Source: Thiohalomonadaceae bacterium (GTDB lineage Bacteria > Pseudomonadota > Gammaproteobacteria > Thiohalomonadales > Thiohalomonadaceae). From it: a DNA stretch of 64,000 nucleotides. The DNA lies in contig JBFFNE010000003.1 in NCBI GenBank assembly GCA_041563315.1, positions 6,764-70,763 on the forward strand, in the 5' to 3' direction. The notes below the pieces were generated by a model that was given only the letters and a program-made list of their open reading frames with translations, was not told the DNA's origin and made no database searches. This document shows positions 10,397 through 20,371 of the stretch, one piece after another. Numbering within the stretch: the stretch's first letter is position 1; each line of letters starts with the position of its first letter. The position numbers and the translations under genes were made by a program.

Positions 10397-11833
10397 ATGC
10401 CAGACAATAAACAAGAGAGCATGTCCTTCCGTGAGGGTGTCGACCGGATGGTCGACCGTGCCACCATCGCTGCCGGGCTGGACCCCAATACGGCCAGTAT
10501 TATCAAGGCAAGCAGTGCGGTACTGCAGATCCGCTTTCCAGTGAAGGTGCACGGCGGTGTTGAGGTATTCACCGGTTGGTGGTCGGTGCACAGTACCCAC
10601 CGTCTGCCGGCCAAGGGGGGGCTGCGTTTCGCACCGCACGTCAATCAGGACGAGACCGAGGCGCTCTCGGCGCTGATGAGTTATAAGTGCGCACTGGCAG
10701 ATGTCCCCTTCGGCGGGGCCAAGGGCGGCCTGATGATCGAGCCGGGAAAATACAGTGTGGATGAGCTGCGTGAGATCACCCGTCACTTCGCCCAGGAGCT
10801 GGCGCGTCGCGGTTTTCTTGATCCGGCAACCAATGTACCGGCCCCGGACATGGGCACATCATCGAGGGAGATGGCTTGGATTGCCGATACGTACAAGACC
10901 CTGTACCCGGAGGATGTCAATCAGGATGCCTGTGTTACTGGGAAACCGGTGAATCGCGGTGGCATCCCAGGGCGCACCGAGGCCACTGGCAAGGGGGTAC
11001 AGTTTGCCATTCAGGAGTTCTTTCGCCATCCGGATGAACAGGAGAAAGCGGGCCTGGCCGACGGCCTGAGCGGGCAGCGGGTGGTGATCCAGGGACTGGG
11101 CAATGTCGGTTATCACAGTGCCAAGTTCCTTGCCGAGGAGGATGGTTGCAAGATCATTGCGATCATCGAGCGCGACGGGGTGGTGGTGAATGAGGAGGGA
11201 CTGAACGTCCACGATGTACGACAGTATCTGGTGGAAAACGGTTGTCTGAAAGGTTTTCCCAGTGGACACTTCAGCGATAACGGTCCTGAGGCCCTGGAGA
11301 TGGAGTGCGATATTCTCATACCCGCTGCCCTGGAGTCGCAGATCCATGCGGGTAATGCGATGCGCATTCAGGCCAAACTCATTGTCGAAGCGGCCAATGG
11401 TCCGGTCACTTATGAGGCGGATGAGATCCTGCGCCGTCGCGGCATCATCATGCTGCCCGATGTCTGGGTCAACGCCGGCGGGGTAACCGTCTCCTATTTT
11501 GAGTGGACTCGTAACCTCTCGCATATGCGTTTCGGTCGTCTGCAACGGCGTTTCGATGAACTACGTGGCATGAGTTATGCCTCCGCGCTGGAGCAGATGA
11601 CCGGCAAAGAGATGCCCGGCAAGCTGCGGTTCGACTTCGTGCGCGGCGCCACCGAACTCGACCTGGTGCGCTCGGGACTCGATGACACCATGCGTGCCGC
11701 TTTTGCTGACATTCGCGACACGATGAAGCGCAATCCCGAGATCCACGACTACCGTACGGCCGCTTTTGTCATTGCCATTCGCAAGCTTGCGCATTCCTAT
11801 TTCGATCTTGGCCTGGTCGATGCGGTGGAGTAG
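10397..11833 (+). CDS. Glu/Leu/Phe/Val-family (glutamate-type) dehydrogenase
   Basis: Catalytic-region motif PFGGAKGG and Rossmann motif IQGLGNVGYH. Start placed at the ATG at 10397 (MPDNKQES); the 5' extension of the tracked ORF is not protein-like. Confidence 0.85.
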   Translation: MPDNKQESMSFREGVDRMVDRATIAAGLDPNTASIIKASSAVLQIRFPVKVHGGVEVFTGWWSVHSTHRLPAKGGLRFAPHVNQDETEALSALMSYKCALADVPFGGAKGGLMIEPGKYSVDELREITRHFAQELARRGFLDPATNVPAPDMGTSSREMAWIADTYKTLYPEDVNQDACVTGKPVNRGGIPGRTEATGKGVQFAIQEFFRHPDEQEKAGLADGLSGQRVVIQGLGNVGYHSAKFLAEEDGCKIIAIIERDGVVVNEEGLNVHDVRQYLVENGCLKGFPSGHFSDNGPEALEMECDILIPAALESQIHAGNAMRIQAKLIVEAANGPVTYEADEILRRRGIIMLPDVWVNAGGVTVSYFEWTRNLSHMRFGRLQRRFDELRGMSYASALEQMTGKEMPGKLRFDFVRGATELDLVRSGLDDTMRAAFADIRDTMKRNPEIHDYRTAAFVIAIRKLAHSYFDLGLVDAVE

Positions 11834-11836
11834 GGC

Positions 11837-12005
11837 ATGGGCAAGCGACGCCTTGTCGGTCTGTTCCTTGGGCCGCTACTGTTCCTGCCGCTTCTGTTAC
11901 TGCCACAACCCGAGGGGATGAATCCGAGGGCACAGGCGGTCGCGGCGGCCACCTTGCTGATGGCCACCTGATGGAGCAGCGAGCGATTCCCATTGCCGTG
12001 GTTAC
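11837..12005 (+). pseudogene. 5' remnant of a DASS/SLC13-type anion transporter
   Basis: MGKRRLVGLFLGPLLFLPLLLLPQPEGMNPRAQAVAAATLLMAT then TGA where the family has Trp (WW.TEAIP). AIPIAV is only readable after a 1-nt frameshift. The rest of the protein is absent. Confidence 0.45.
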
Positions 12006-12053
12006 CAGTACCGGCGCATCGGCCAGCCATACCGCCTCCCGGCGACGATCGCC

Positions 12054-12397
12054 CTAGAGCCGTTTTGTCAACCGGTGTCCATGTGGCACGTAACGGTAGA
12101 CGCCAGGCGGCAAACCGTCGACGGTACCGACAATCACATCCACTTCCAACGGATAGAGGACACTGGCGAAGGGGGGGCGCAAACCCCGGGCGTGCGGATG
12201 CTTTCACCCGGTTCGGCGTGGCCCGCTTGAAGCCAGAGAAAGGAGGTTATCAGCAAGGGTACCTCTCGTCTTATGCCATGGCGTAGAGCCTGATGCAGGG
12301 AGTGAAGGATGTTCATTGCCGCTGCTCCAGGACATGTTCTCTTTCCATCTCCAAGAATATAATACGCAGGTTCGTTTTGGCGCTGCCAAAGCAACAT
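12054..12397 (-). pseudogene. disrupted SagB/nitroreductase-family gene
   Basis: Frame A reads ...SFLWLQAGHAEPGESIRTPGVCAPP. Frame B reads FASVLYPLEVDVIVGTVDGLPPGVYRYVPHGHRLTKRL then stop. One extra C in the C7 run (G7 at 12171-12177 on +) would join the two frames. A premature stop follows at 12054-12056. Confidence 0.4.
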
Positions 12398-12421
12398 TGT
12401 GTCGTGGATTCCCGGATGGCT

Positions 12422-14317
12422 TTATCCTCTGTCAGACGGAGGGCTTATCTCGGGCTTGGGGGAGAGGCAGGCTTCGATCTGCTCGCGGTGCAAAGTCTCC
12501 TTCTCCTCCAGAGTGGTGATCAGCCGTCCCATTGCCTCGCCCCGTTGGTCGATGATCTTGCTGGCGCGTTCTTCGGCGTAGGTCAGCAGGGTACGGACGG
12601 CCTTGTCGACGGCTCGGGCGGAACTTTCACTGAAATGGCGCGGCTGGGCGATCTCCCTGCCAAGAAAGGGGTGTTCCTCGCTCTGGCGCAGGTCTACCGG
12701 CCCGATCGCCGCAGACATCCCCCAGCGGGCCACCATGGCGCGGGCCAAGTTGGTGGCCTGGCGAATATCGTCATCGGCCCCGGAGCTGACAGTGCCGAGC
12801 AGGTGCTTTTCAGCAGCCCGCCCGCCCAGCATCACCGCAAGGCGATCGCGCAGATACTCCTCGGGCAAGGTATGACGTTCCTCTTCGGGCAATTGCTGGG
12901 TACCACCCAGACTGTGCCCACGGGGAATGATGGTGACCTTGTAGAGTGGGTCGGTGTGGGGCAGAAAATAGGCCACGAGGGTATGGCCAGCCTCGTGGAC
13001 GGCGAGGCGATGGCGTTCCTCGGGCTGGATCGCCAGACTGCGTACGCCGCCAAGAAGAAGTTTGTCACGGGCTTCTTCGAAATGCTTCATCATCACCTGT
13101 TCATGGTTTTCCCGGGCGGCGATCATCGCTGCTTCGTTGACCAGGTTTTTCAGGTCCGCCCCGGAGAAGCCCGGTGTGCCGCCGGCTAGCTGTTCCAGAA
13201 CCACATCGGAGGCCATCGGGACTTTACGCGTATGGACCTGAAGGATCGCCGCGCGGTCTTTGCGATCGGGCAGGTCGAGGGTGACATGGCGGTCGAAGCG
13301 TCCGGGACGCAGCAGTGCCGGATCCAGCACATCGGGACGGTTGGTGGCGGCGAGCACGAGCACCGCCTCATGGCCGACAAAGCCGTCCATCTCCGCCAGG
13401 ATCTGGTTGAGGGTCTGTTCACGCTCATCGTGTCCCCCGCCCAATCCAGTCCCACGAGTACGGCCGACACTATCCAGTTCGTCGATAAAGATAATACTTG
13501 GCGCCTGTGTCTTGGCGGACTCAAACAGATGGCGTACCCGCGCGGCGCCGACGCCAACAAATACCTCGATAAATTCCGAACCGGAGATACTGAAAAAAGG
13601 CACGCCAGCCTCACCGGCCAGTGCCTTGGCCATCAAGGTTTTGCCGGTTCCAGGCGGCCCCATTAGCAGCACCCCCTTGGGCGGCTCTGCACCGAGGCGC
13701 CTATAGAACTCAGGGCGGCGCAGGTAATCGACCAGCTCCGCGACTTCTCGTTTGGCATTTTCCTGTCCCGCGACATCGTCAAAAGTCTGCTTTGGGATCC
13801 GTACGGGTTTTCGCTCTGGCTGCAGAAAGCGCCTTAACTCCCCTTGTCCACCCATCCCGCCGCCTAGTCCTCCACCCAGAGACCTGGAAGCACGACTCAT
13901 CACCCAGAAATAAAACAGCAGCAGGAGCAGCCAGGGCACGCTCAATAGTAATAGTGGCCACCAGGTTGCGTTTTTTGTGTCCTTGATATCGAGACGAACC
14001 TTGTGCCGTTCCAGCAGCGGCAACAGGTCGTCATCACCGAACAGTGGTACTGTTGTGTGGAAACGTTTGCCTAGCTCACCCTGCGGACCGACCTCCTGTT
14101 GATGATGGAACTCGCCACTGACGGCGTAGCTCTCCAGCACAACATGGGCGACTTGCTCTGCAACGATCCGTTCCTTGAACTCGCTGTAGGGTATTGCATA
14201 AGACACCTCTTTTGGTGTCGTGAGGGAAAACACAAGGTACAGCAAGGCAAAAAACAGAAGAAAAATGATGATGCGCCACCATTGCTGAAGTGGCTTGTCT
14301 GTGGGCTGAAGATCCAT
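12422..14317 (-). CDS. ftsH: FtsH-family ATP-dependent zinc metalloprotease (accessory paralog)
   Basis: 631 aa with two TM segments, Walker A GPPGTGKT, an AAA domain, and the HEAGH zinc site. It is not in the usual ftsJ-ftsH-folP context. Confidence 0.9.
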   Translation of the reverse strand: MDLQPTDKPLQQWWRIIIFLLFFALLYLVFSLTTPKEVSYAIPYSEFKERIVAEQVAHVVLESYAVSGEFHHQQEVGPQGELGKRFHTTVPLFGDDDLLPLLERHKVRLDIKDTKNATWWPLLLLSVPWLLLLLFYFWVMSRASRSLGGGLGGGMGGQGELRRFLQPERKPVRIPKQTFDDVAGQENAKREVAELVDYLRRPEFYRRLGAEPPKGVLLMGPPGTGKTLMAKALAGEAGVPFFSISGSEFIEVFVGVGAARVRHLFESAKTQAPSIIFIDELDSVGRTRGTGLGGGHDEREQTLNQILAEMDGFVGHEAVLVLAATNRPDVLDPALLRPGRFDRHVTLDLPDRKDRAAILQVHTRKVPMASDVVLEQLAGGTPGFSGADLKNLVNEAAMIAARENHEQVMMKHFEEARDKLLLGGVRSLAIQPEERHRLAVHEAGHTLVAYFLPHTDPLYKVTIIPRGHSLGGTQQLPEEERHTLPEEYLRDRLAVMLGGRAAEKHLLGTVSSGADDDIRQATNLARAMVARWGMSAAIGPVDLRQSEEHPFLGREIAQPRHFSESSARAVDKAVRTLLTYAEERASKIIDQRGEAMGRLITTLEEKETLHREQIEACLSPKPEISPPSDRG

Positions 14318-14594
14318 GTATGTCCCTCTGGCGTGCTCCTGCCAAAATTAAGTGTTTTTAAATCACGAGACACTTAGTTGCTATCGCCTGGGCAATTATT
14401 GAGTCACTCTTCCCCTTAGATGGCGGAGAGTTTAAGGGAGTACACCATCCTCCATTCAGCCCTGGCCGTATGACGGCCTGTCGGCGATATCCCTATAACC
14501 GAGACTCCCACGGCTCAATGAGTGATGGCTAACCTTCATCTTCTTTGCAAAGGTCTATACTGGTATTTGTTAATTGTCAAAGAGATACGTGCCG

Positions 14595-15317
14595 ATGATC
14601 CCGTTGACTCCCGTAGAAATACTTGAACAGGTGCAAACCGCCCTGCAGAAAGAAACGCGTTATGGGATTGGTCGCGTTCCGGTGCAGGTGGCACTGCACG
14701 AGGGGAAACTGGTGCTTCGTGGCACCTTCCCGGATATTCGCGCCAAGCGACACGCGGTATATATTGCCCGCTTAATTGCACCGGGAATGGAAGTCCTCGA
14801 TCAGTTGAATGTCGCCGCCGCCATACATGAAGAAGGGACGTTGAGAAGTGAGGTGATCCGGGCGCTTTCAACAGAACCCGTGTTCAGGGAAGTCACATTG
14901 CGGTTACGTATGGATGGTAACGTCGAGGTAATTCGCGATGGAGGGAGCGAGGCATATATCGAGGTCCAGGTCTCGGGAGGAACCGTGCAAATCAATGGGC
15001 AGGTTGACAGCCTCAGCCACCGGCGGCTCGCCGAGGTGTTGTGCTGGTGGAGTCTCGGCTGTGAGCGGGTGGATAATCTCATTGAGGTCATTCCCGCCGA
15101 AGCTGACAACGATGATGAGGTCAGTGATGCACTGCGCATGACAATGGAAAAAGATCCGTTGGTCCATGCCGAACAGATTTCTATTGAAGTCCATAATGGT
15201 AGCGTCACTCTCCATGGTTATGTTCCCAGTCAGGAAGAGAAGCGCTTGGCAGAGCTTGATGCGTGGTATATCCCGGGTGTTTATGAGGTGGTCAATGATG
15301 TTCAGACACAGGTCTAG
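14595..15317 (+). CDS. BON-domain protein (three BON-like repeats)
   Basis: Repeated pattern ...V.V...G.V.L.G.V.S...... as in OsmY/BON. Start is uncertain (TTG at 14574 or ATG at 14595). Confidence 0.65.
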   Translation: MIPLTPVEILEQVQTALQKETRYGIGRVPVQVALHEGKLVLRGTFPDIRAKRHAVYIARLIAPGMEVLDQLNVAAAIHEEGTLRSEVIRALSTEPVFREVTLRLRMDGNVEVIRDGGSEAYIEVQVSGGTVQINGQVDSLSHRRLAEVLCWWSLGCERVDNLIEVIPAEADNDDEVSDALRMTMEKDPLVHAEQISIEVHNGSVTLHGYVPSQEEKRLAELDAWYIPGVYEVVNDVQTQV

Positions 15318-15401
15318 CTTTAACGCCATGTTCGCAAAATTACCATCCTGTGCTACACATATGGGATAGTTTTAAACCGCATTTTTTAGAGGTGTTTACC
15401 G

Positions 15402-15914
15402 ATGGCTAAAGAGAGTAAAAAACAAGGCGAAGGCAAGGAGATACAATCCTCAACAGTGGTCACTCCGACACGGTCCATGAGTCCTTTCGAGGAGATGGAT
15501 CGGTTGATGGAGAGCTTCTTTCCCCGTCAGTGGTTGCGACCATTCCGCTGGGACACGCCTAGCTGGTCAGAGCTTGGCGCCCCCCTGGAGATGCGGACGC
15601 CGCGTGTCGACATTATCGACCGTGACAACGACATTGTCGTCAAAGCGGAGGTCCCAGGCGTAAAGAAAGAGGACCTGGATGTTTCCATCACCGATACCAC
15701 GGTCACCATCAAGGGGAGCAGCAGCCACGAGGAGAAGGAGGAAAAGGGTAATTACTACCGTTGCGAGATCTCCCGCGGCACTTTCAGTCGTACCGTGGCG
15801 CTGCCCTCCAATGTTGATACCGAAAAGGCCAAAGCCGTTTTTAATGATGGTATTCTTGAACTGACGATTCCCAAGGTGGAAAAAGCCAAGCGAAAAAGCA
15901 TCACGGTACAATAG
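15402..15914 (+). CDS. Hsp20/alpha-crystallin small heat-shock protein
   Basis: 170 aa with an alpha-crystallin domain (DIIDRDNDIVVKAEVPGVKKEDLDVSI...FNDGILELTIPK). Confidence 0.9.
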   Translation: MAKESKKQGEGKEIQSSTVVTPTRSMSPFEEMDRLMESFFPRQWLRPFRWDTPSWSELGAPLEMRTPRVDIIDRDNDIVVKAEVPGVKKEDLDVSITDTTVTIKGSSSHEEKEEKGNYYRCEISRGTFSRTVALPSNVDTEKAKAVFNDGILELTIPKVEKAKRKSITVQ

Positions 15915-16152
15915 CCACTCTCAGCCCCCCCCGTATCTGCCGCATAACGTTCTGTTAAGTGGTCCGGTTTTTTGGCAGGTGTCCTACCCTGGCAATAGTC
16001 GCCTGGCGGACTCGACTCCTGTCACTTTTCTTCTGCTCCCCAGAGCGCGGAAAAGAATGTTGCCCGGATTATCTCACCCCACCGCTCGAAGTTTTAATTT
16101 CACGACTCAGATTTGCCTTTTTAGATAATGAAATTCGCGCTACGCTTGGCTA

Positions 16153-18822
16153 ATGAGCGAAGCGAAAAATAACAATAACTCCACTTCCCCCCCTGAATGG
16201 CAGACCCTCACTGCCGAGCAGACGGTTGCGCACTGGAAAAGCGACGTCGGTCAGGGCCTGGATAGGGCGGAAATTAATCGCCGCAAAGAGCTCTACGGCA
16301 GCAACGACATCCCGGAAAAGGCAAAGCGCGGTCTGGCCAGGATCATCCTCACACAGTTCAGTGATCTGATGATCCTGATCCTGCTCGGGGCAGCGATTAT
16401 CTCCGGTATTGTGGGCGATGTGGAGGATACGATTGCGATCCTTGTCATTGTCATCCTCAATGCTGTGATCGGAGCGGTACAGGAGTATCGGGCGCAGCGT
16501 GCACTCGCAGCGCTGCGCATGATGGCAGCTCCTGAGGCCAAGGTGATGCGCAATGCTCAGGTGCAGGTAGTGCCGGCCAGTGAGCTGGTGCCTGGCGATA
16601 TAGCCTTGCTGGAAGCCGGACTCGTGGTGCCTGCGGATTTGCGCCTGATCGAGTCAAGCGATCTGCAGGCTGATGAGGCGGTTCTCACCGGCGAGTCGGT
16701 TACGGTGGACAAGCAGGTGGTACCGATCCCGCAGACATCACTGTCCCCGGGTGAAAAGATCAATATGATGTTCAAGGGGACACAGGTTACGCGTGGACGT
16801 GGCAACGGCATCGTGGTCGCCACCGGGCTGGACACTGAACTCGGACATATCGCCCGCCTGTTGCGCGAGGAAAGCACCGGGAAAACACCCTTGCAGCAAC
16901 GTCTGGCTGCCTTCGGCAGTCGCCTTTCTCTGTTTGTCCTTGCTATTTGCGTGCTGATCTTTGTTGCAGGTCTCCTGCGCGGAGAACCGTTGGTGCTGAT
17001 GTTCCTTACCGCGGTGAGCCTGGCGGTTGCTGCCATCCCCGAGGCGTTGCCTGCGGTCGTCACTATTTCCCTAGCCTTCGGTGCACGCAAACTGAGCCGT
17101 CACAAGGCGCTGATCAGACATCTACCGTCGGTGGAAACCCTCGGCTCGGTTACGGTTATCTGTAGCGACAAGACGGGCACGTTGACCGAAAACCGAATGC
17201 AACTGGAAAAGTTGTATGTCGATGGCAAACTGCTGGACGCCTCCTTTTCCCGGGACGAAAAAACAACAGCGCAGGAAATGCTCTGGCAGGCACTGTCAAT
17301 AAGTAACGATGTGGAGGCAGCACAGGGGCACGAGCCTATTGGTGAGCCGACCGAGATTGCACTATTCAACGGAGCAGGCAAGGCAGGTTTCGACAAGAGT
17401 ACACTGCTGCAGAACCTGCCACGTGTTGCTGAATTGCCTTTTGATTCCGAGCGAAAACGGATGACGACGGTACACCAGCGCGACGAGGATCTGATTGCTT
17501 TCACCAAGGGCGCACCTGAACAGGTGCTACCTCAATGCCACCTTCAGCTGATGACGGGGGGGGAGGTCGAAATTGATCGAAAGGCGCTGCTGTCCCAGGC
17601 AGACAGGCTTGCAGAAGAGGGTTTCCGCGTGCTGGCTGTTGCTTTTCGTGTGTGGCCACAGCTGCCCGAACTGCGTGTGGATGAGCTTGAAAATAGGCTG
17701 GTTTTTCTCGGTCTGGTCGCACTTATCGATCCGCCAAGGGAGGAGGCCTATGGGGCGGTAGAAGAGTGCCTTACCGCAGGTATTACGCCGATGATGATTA
17801 CCGGCGACCACCCGGCAACCGCCCGCGCCATTGCTGCCAGGCTAGGGATCGCCAACACGGATGATCTGGTTATCACCGGCAGCGAGCTTGAAGGGATGTC
17901 AGCGGAAACACTGGCCAGCCGTCTTGAGCATATCCGGGTGTTCGCCCGTGTCAGCCCCAAACAAAAAATCCTTCTGGTTCAAGCGCTGCAGAACAAAGGA
18001 GATTTTGTCGCCATGACCGGCGATGGGGTAAATGATGCTCCGGCGCTTAAACACGCTGATATCGGTGTCGCCATGGGGCAGAAGGGCACTGACGTGGCAC
18101 GCGAGGCTGCCGATATGGTGCTGCTCGATGACAATTTTGCCACCATCGTCACCGCGGTGCGTGAGGGGCGGCGCATCTTCGACAACATCCGCAAGTTCAT
18201 CAAGGACACCATGAGCTCCAACTCGGGGGAAATCTGGTCCCTGCTGCTTGCGCCGTTTCTCGGCCTGCCGATCCCGCTGCTACCGATCCATATCCTCTGG
18301 ATCAATCTTGTCACCGATGGTTTGCCTGGCCTGGCCTTTACCGCTGAACCGGCAGAGCGGGGTGTGATGAATCGCCCGCCGCGCCCGCCGAAGGAGAGTA
18401 TCTTCGCCCACGGCATGTGGCAACACATCATCTGGACTGGGCTGTTTGTTGGTGGTATCACTATCGCTTCACAAGCATGGGCATTGGCTCGTGGCGTAGA
18501 GTACTGGCAGACCATCGCTTTTACCGTATTGACCGTTTCGCAATTGTTCCACTCCCTGGCTGTACGCAGTGAACGCCAATCCATCTTCACCTTGGGCCTG
18601 CTGAGCAACCCCTACATGCTCGGTGCCGTCTTGCTCACTGTGGTCCTGCAGTTGATGGTGATCTATGTCCCTGCCTTTAATTCCGTGTTCAACACCCAGC
18701 CACTCCCCCTGTTCGATCTTGGCATCTGTTTTGCCCTGTCGTCACTGGTGTTGTTTGCCGTGGAGATTGAAAAGTGGATGATCCGAAGAGGGTGGTTGTA
18801 TCAGGAGGGGGTAGGCCGCTAA
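16153..18822 (+). CDS. P-type (type II-like) cation-transporting ATPase
   Basis: 889 aa with CSDKTGTLT phosphorylation site, TGDGVNDAPAL hinge and about 10 TM segments. Confidence 0.9.
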   Translation: MSEAKNNNNSTSPPEWQTLTAEQTVAHWKSDVGQGLDRAEINRRKELYGSNDIPEKAKRGLARIILTQFSDLMILILLGAAIISGIVGDVEDTIAILVIVILNAVIGAVQEYRAQRALAALRMMAAPEAKVMRNAQVQVVPASELVPGDIALLEAGLVVPADLRLIESSDLQADEAVLTGESVTVDKQVVPIPQTSLSPGEKINMMFKGTQVTRGRGNGIVVATGLDTELGHIARLLREESTGKTPLQQRLAAFGSRLSLFVLAICVLIFVAGLLRGEPLVLMFLTAVSLAVAAIPEALPAVVTISLAFGARKLSRHKALIRHLPSVETLGSVTVICSDKTGTLTENRMQLEKLYVDGKLLDASFSRDEKTTAQEMLWQALSISNDVEAAQGHEPIGEPTEIALFNGAGKAGFDKSTLLQNLPRVAELPFDSERKRMTTVHQRDEDLIAFTKGAPEQVLPQCHLQLMTGGEVEIDRKALLSQADRLAEEGFRVLAVAFRVWPQLPELRVDELENRLVFLGLVALIDPPREEAYGAVEECLTAGITPMMITGDHPATARAIAARLGIANTDDLVITGSELEGMSAETLASRLEHIRVFARVSPKQKILLVQALQNKGDFVAMTGDGVNDAPALKHADIGVAMGQKGTDVAREAADMVLLDDNFATIVTAVREGRRIFDNIRKFIKDTMSSNSGEIWSLLLAPFLGLPIPLLPIHILWINLVTDGLPGLAFTAEPAERGVMNRPPRPPKESIFAHGMWQHIIWTGLFVGGITIASQAWALARGVEYWQTIAFTVLTVSQLFHSLAVRSERQSIFTLGLLSNPYMLGAVLLTVVLQLMVIYVPAFNSVFNTQPLPLFDLGICFALSSLVLFAVEIEKWMIRRGWLYQEGVGR

Positions 18823-18940
18823 ACTCGATAGCCCCGAGCTTCCGCCGGAGCCGGAGTGTAGCGTGTGGTGGTCAGATTTCAGTCCGACATCACGGGCTAA
18901 GGAAGCCACTGCTTTATGGGTTGAAGTTTAGCTGCACTGG

Positions 18941-19198
18941 TCACCTGACCGGCTGCCGGGACTCATCAATCTCAAACTCATTCTCTTCATATTCGTTGAA
19001 ATCGACGCCCATCTCCTCAGCATGCTCGCGCCAGTAAGGCTCTGCCTCACAGGAGCAGCAATCGGCCCAGGCACCGATACCTTCATGCATGCTGATGTGT
19101 TTTTTCTTGCCTTTGCGGCTAGCTTGTGTCGGTGACTGTGTAGAAGAGTCGAGTAACTCCTCATCGCGAATCGGTGGATCCCGCGTGGTGTCAGTCAT
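18941..19198 (-). CDS. small acidic Cys-containing hypothetical protein
   Basis: 85-aa ORF with AGGAGG 7 nt upstream of the ATG. Contains a DCCSC motif and an acidic C-terminus. Lies downstream of the nifJ operon on the same strand. Confidence 0.5.
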   Translation of the reverse strand: MTDTTRDPPIRDEELLDSSTQSPTQASRKGKKKHISMHEGIGAWADCCSCEAEPYWREHAEEMGVDFNEYEENEFEIDESRQPVR

Positions 19199-19357
19199 GG
19201 CTGTACCTCCTGAAGTCTCTGATACAACAAAAGATATAGATAAACTATAGAGTGTTCATGTCGCGATTTCATCGGTGAAAAGTTCGAGCTAGGGACTACA
19301 ATCTTGCGAATCGACTTGCACGCAATTGGTGGGATGTCTGCGCAGTTGTGATCGTAC

Positions 19358-20371
19358 TCAGTCCCACGCCGTCCGGTTGACCTTGTAGCTGTCAAGCATC
19401 CTCACATAACTGGCCCGTTCATAATCGGCCGGATCCTTGGCGTGATGCTGTGAAAGGACGCCTTTAATCTGTTCCAGCGAGTCGTAGGGGCTCTCTTCCA
19501 GCCAGGCGCTGATACCGTTAAGTATCTCCCGTAACCGTTTCGGGCCGTGCAGTAGCAGGGCGCTGCAGAGATGGGTGATGTCGGCGCCGGCGAGCAGCAT
19601 TTTGATGGCGTCCTCCGCCCGGTGGATGCCGCCGGTGGCGGCCATGGAGAGGCTAACCCGACCACTCAACAGACCCAGCCAGCGCATCGCAAGCAGATTA
19701 TCGCCCGGGTGAGATAGATGCAGGGTGGGTGCGACACGCAGGCTGTCGATGTCGATATCCGGCTGGTAGAAGCGGTTGAACAGGGAGATGCCATTGGCGC
19801 CCGCTGATTCCAGTTGGGAGACGAAATGGCCGAGGGCACTGAAGAAGGGTGAGAGCTTGACGGTGATCGGAATCGACACAACGCCGCGCAGCTCAGACAG
19901 CAGGGTGATGTAGCGCTGCTCAATCTCGCCGGCGCTGATGGAGGGGTCGGCAGCAACGTAATAGGCATTGAGTTCCAGCGCATCGGCGCCGGCCTCAGCG
20001 AGTAGCTTGCCGTTCTCCACCCAGCCATCGAGCGAGACACCGTTGAGGCTGGCGATCACCGGGATCGAGAGGGTCTCCTTTAGGCGCCGTAGCTGTTCCA
20101 GGTAGGCATCCAGTCCGCTGCCCGGTTCGGCGTGTACCGGCAAAAAGCTCTCCGCCTCACTGTAGCCGACCTCCTGCTGCTCGAGAAAGGCGGCCTGTTG
20201 CATCTGTTCGCGCAGCTCCTCCTCGAACAGGGAGTACATCACCAGGGCGGCGGCTCCCGCATCCTCCAAGGCGCGTGCGCTGTCAAGACTGCGGCTGAGC
20301 GGGGAGGCCGAGGGGACGAGCGGATTCTTCAGTTCCAGGCCGAGATAACGAGTGCGCAGGTCCACGGTCAT
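19358..20371 (-). CDS. dihydroorotate dehydrogenase-like (TIM-barrel flavoprotein) protein
   Basis: 337 aa, PyrD-family-like (LGLELKNPLVPSASPLS...ATGGI). 4-nt overlap with the nifJ stop. Confidence 0.8.
   Translation of the reverse strand: MTVDLRTRYLGLELKNPLVPSASPLSRSLDSARALEDAGAAALVMYSLFEEELREQMQQAAFLEQQEVGYSEAESFLPVHAEPGSGLDAYLEQLRRLKETLSIPVIASLNGVSLDGWVENGKLLAEAGADALELNAYYVAADPSISAGEIEQRYITLLSELRGVVSIPITVKLSPFFSALGHFVSQLESAGANGISLFNRFYQPDIDIDSLRVAPTLHLSHPGDNLLAMRWLGLLSGRVSLSMAATGGIHRAEDAIKMLLAGADITHLCSALLLHGPKRLREILNGISAWLEESPYDSLEQIKGVLSQHHAKDPADYERASYVRMLDSYKVNRTAWD

Noticed and set aside
11969-11971. In-frame TGA in the DASS-like ORF read as selenocysteine or as read-through.
   Set aside because: The codon replaces a conserved Trp (TGG to TGA). 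It is followed within 15 nt by a frameshift and then loss of all similarity. No SECIS-like hairpin is evident. Pseudogenisation is the simpler reading.
12422-18822. Considered the FtsH/Hsp20/ATPase block as a horizontally acquired heat-resistance island.
   Set aside because: There is no integrase, transposase, tRNA flank or direct repeat, and no ClpK/ClpG-type disaggregase. Composition looks like the surrounding DNA. It is kept only as a putative stress module.
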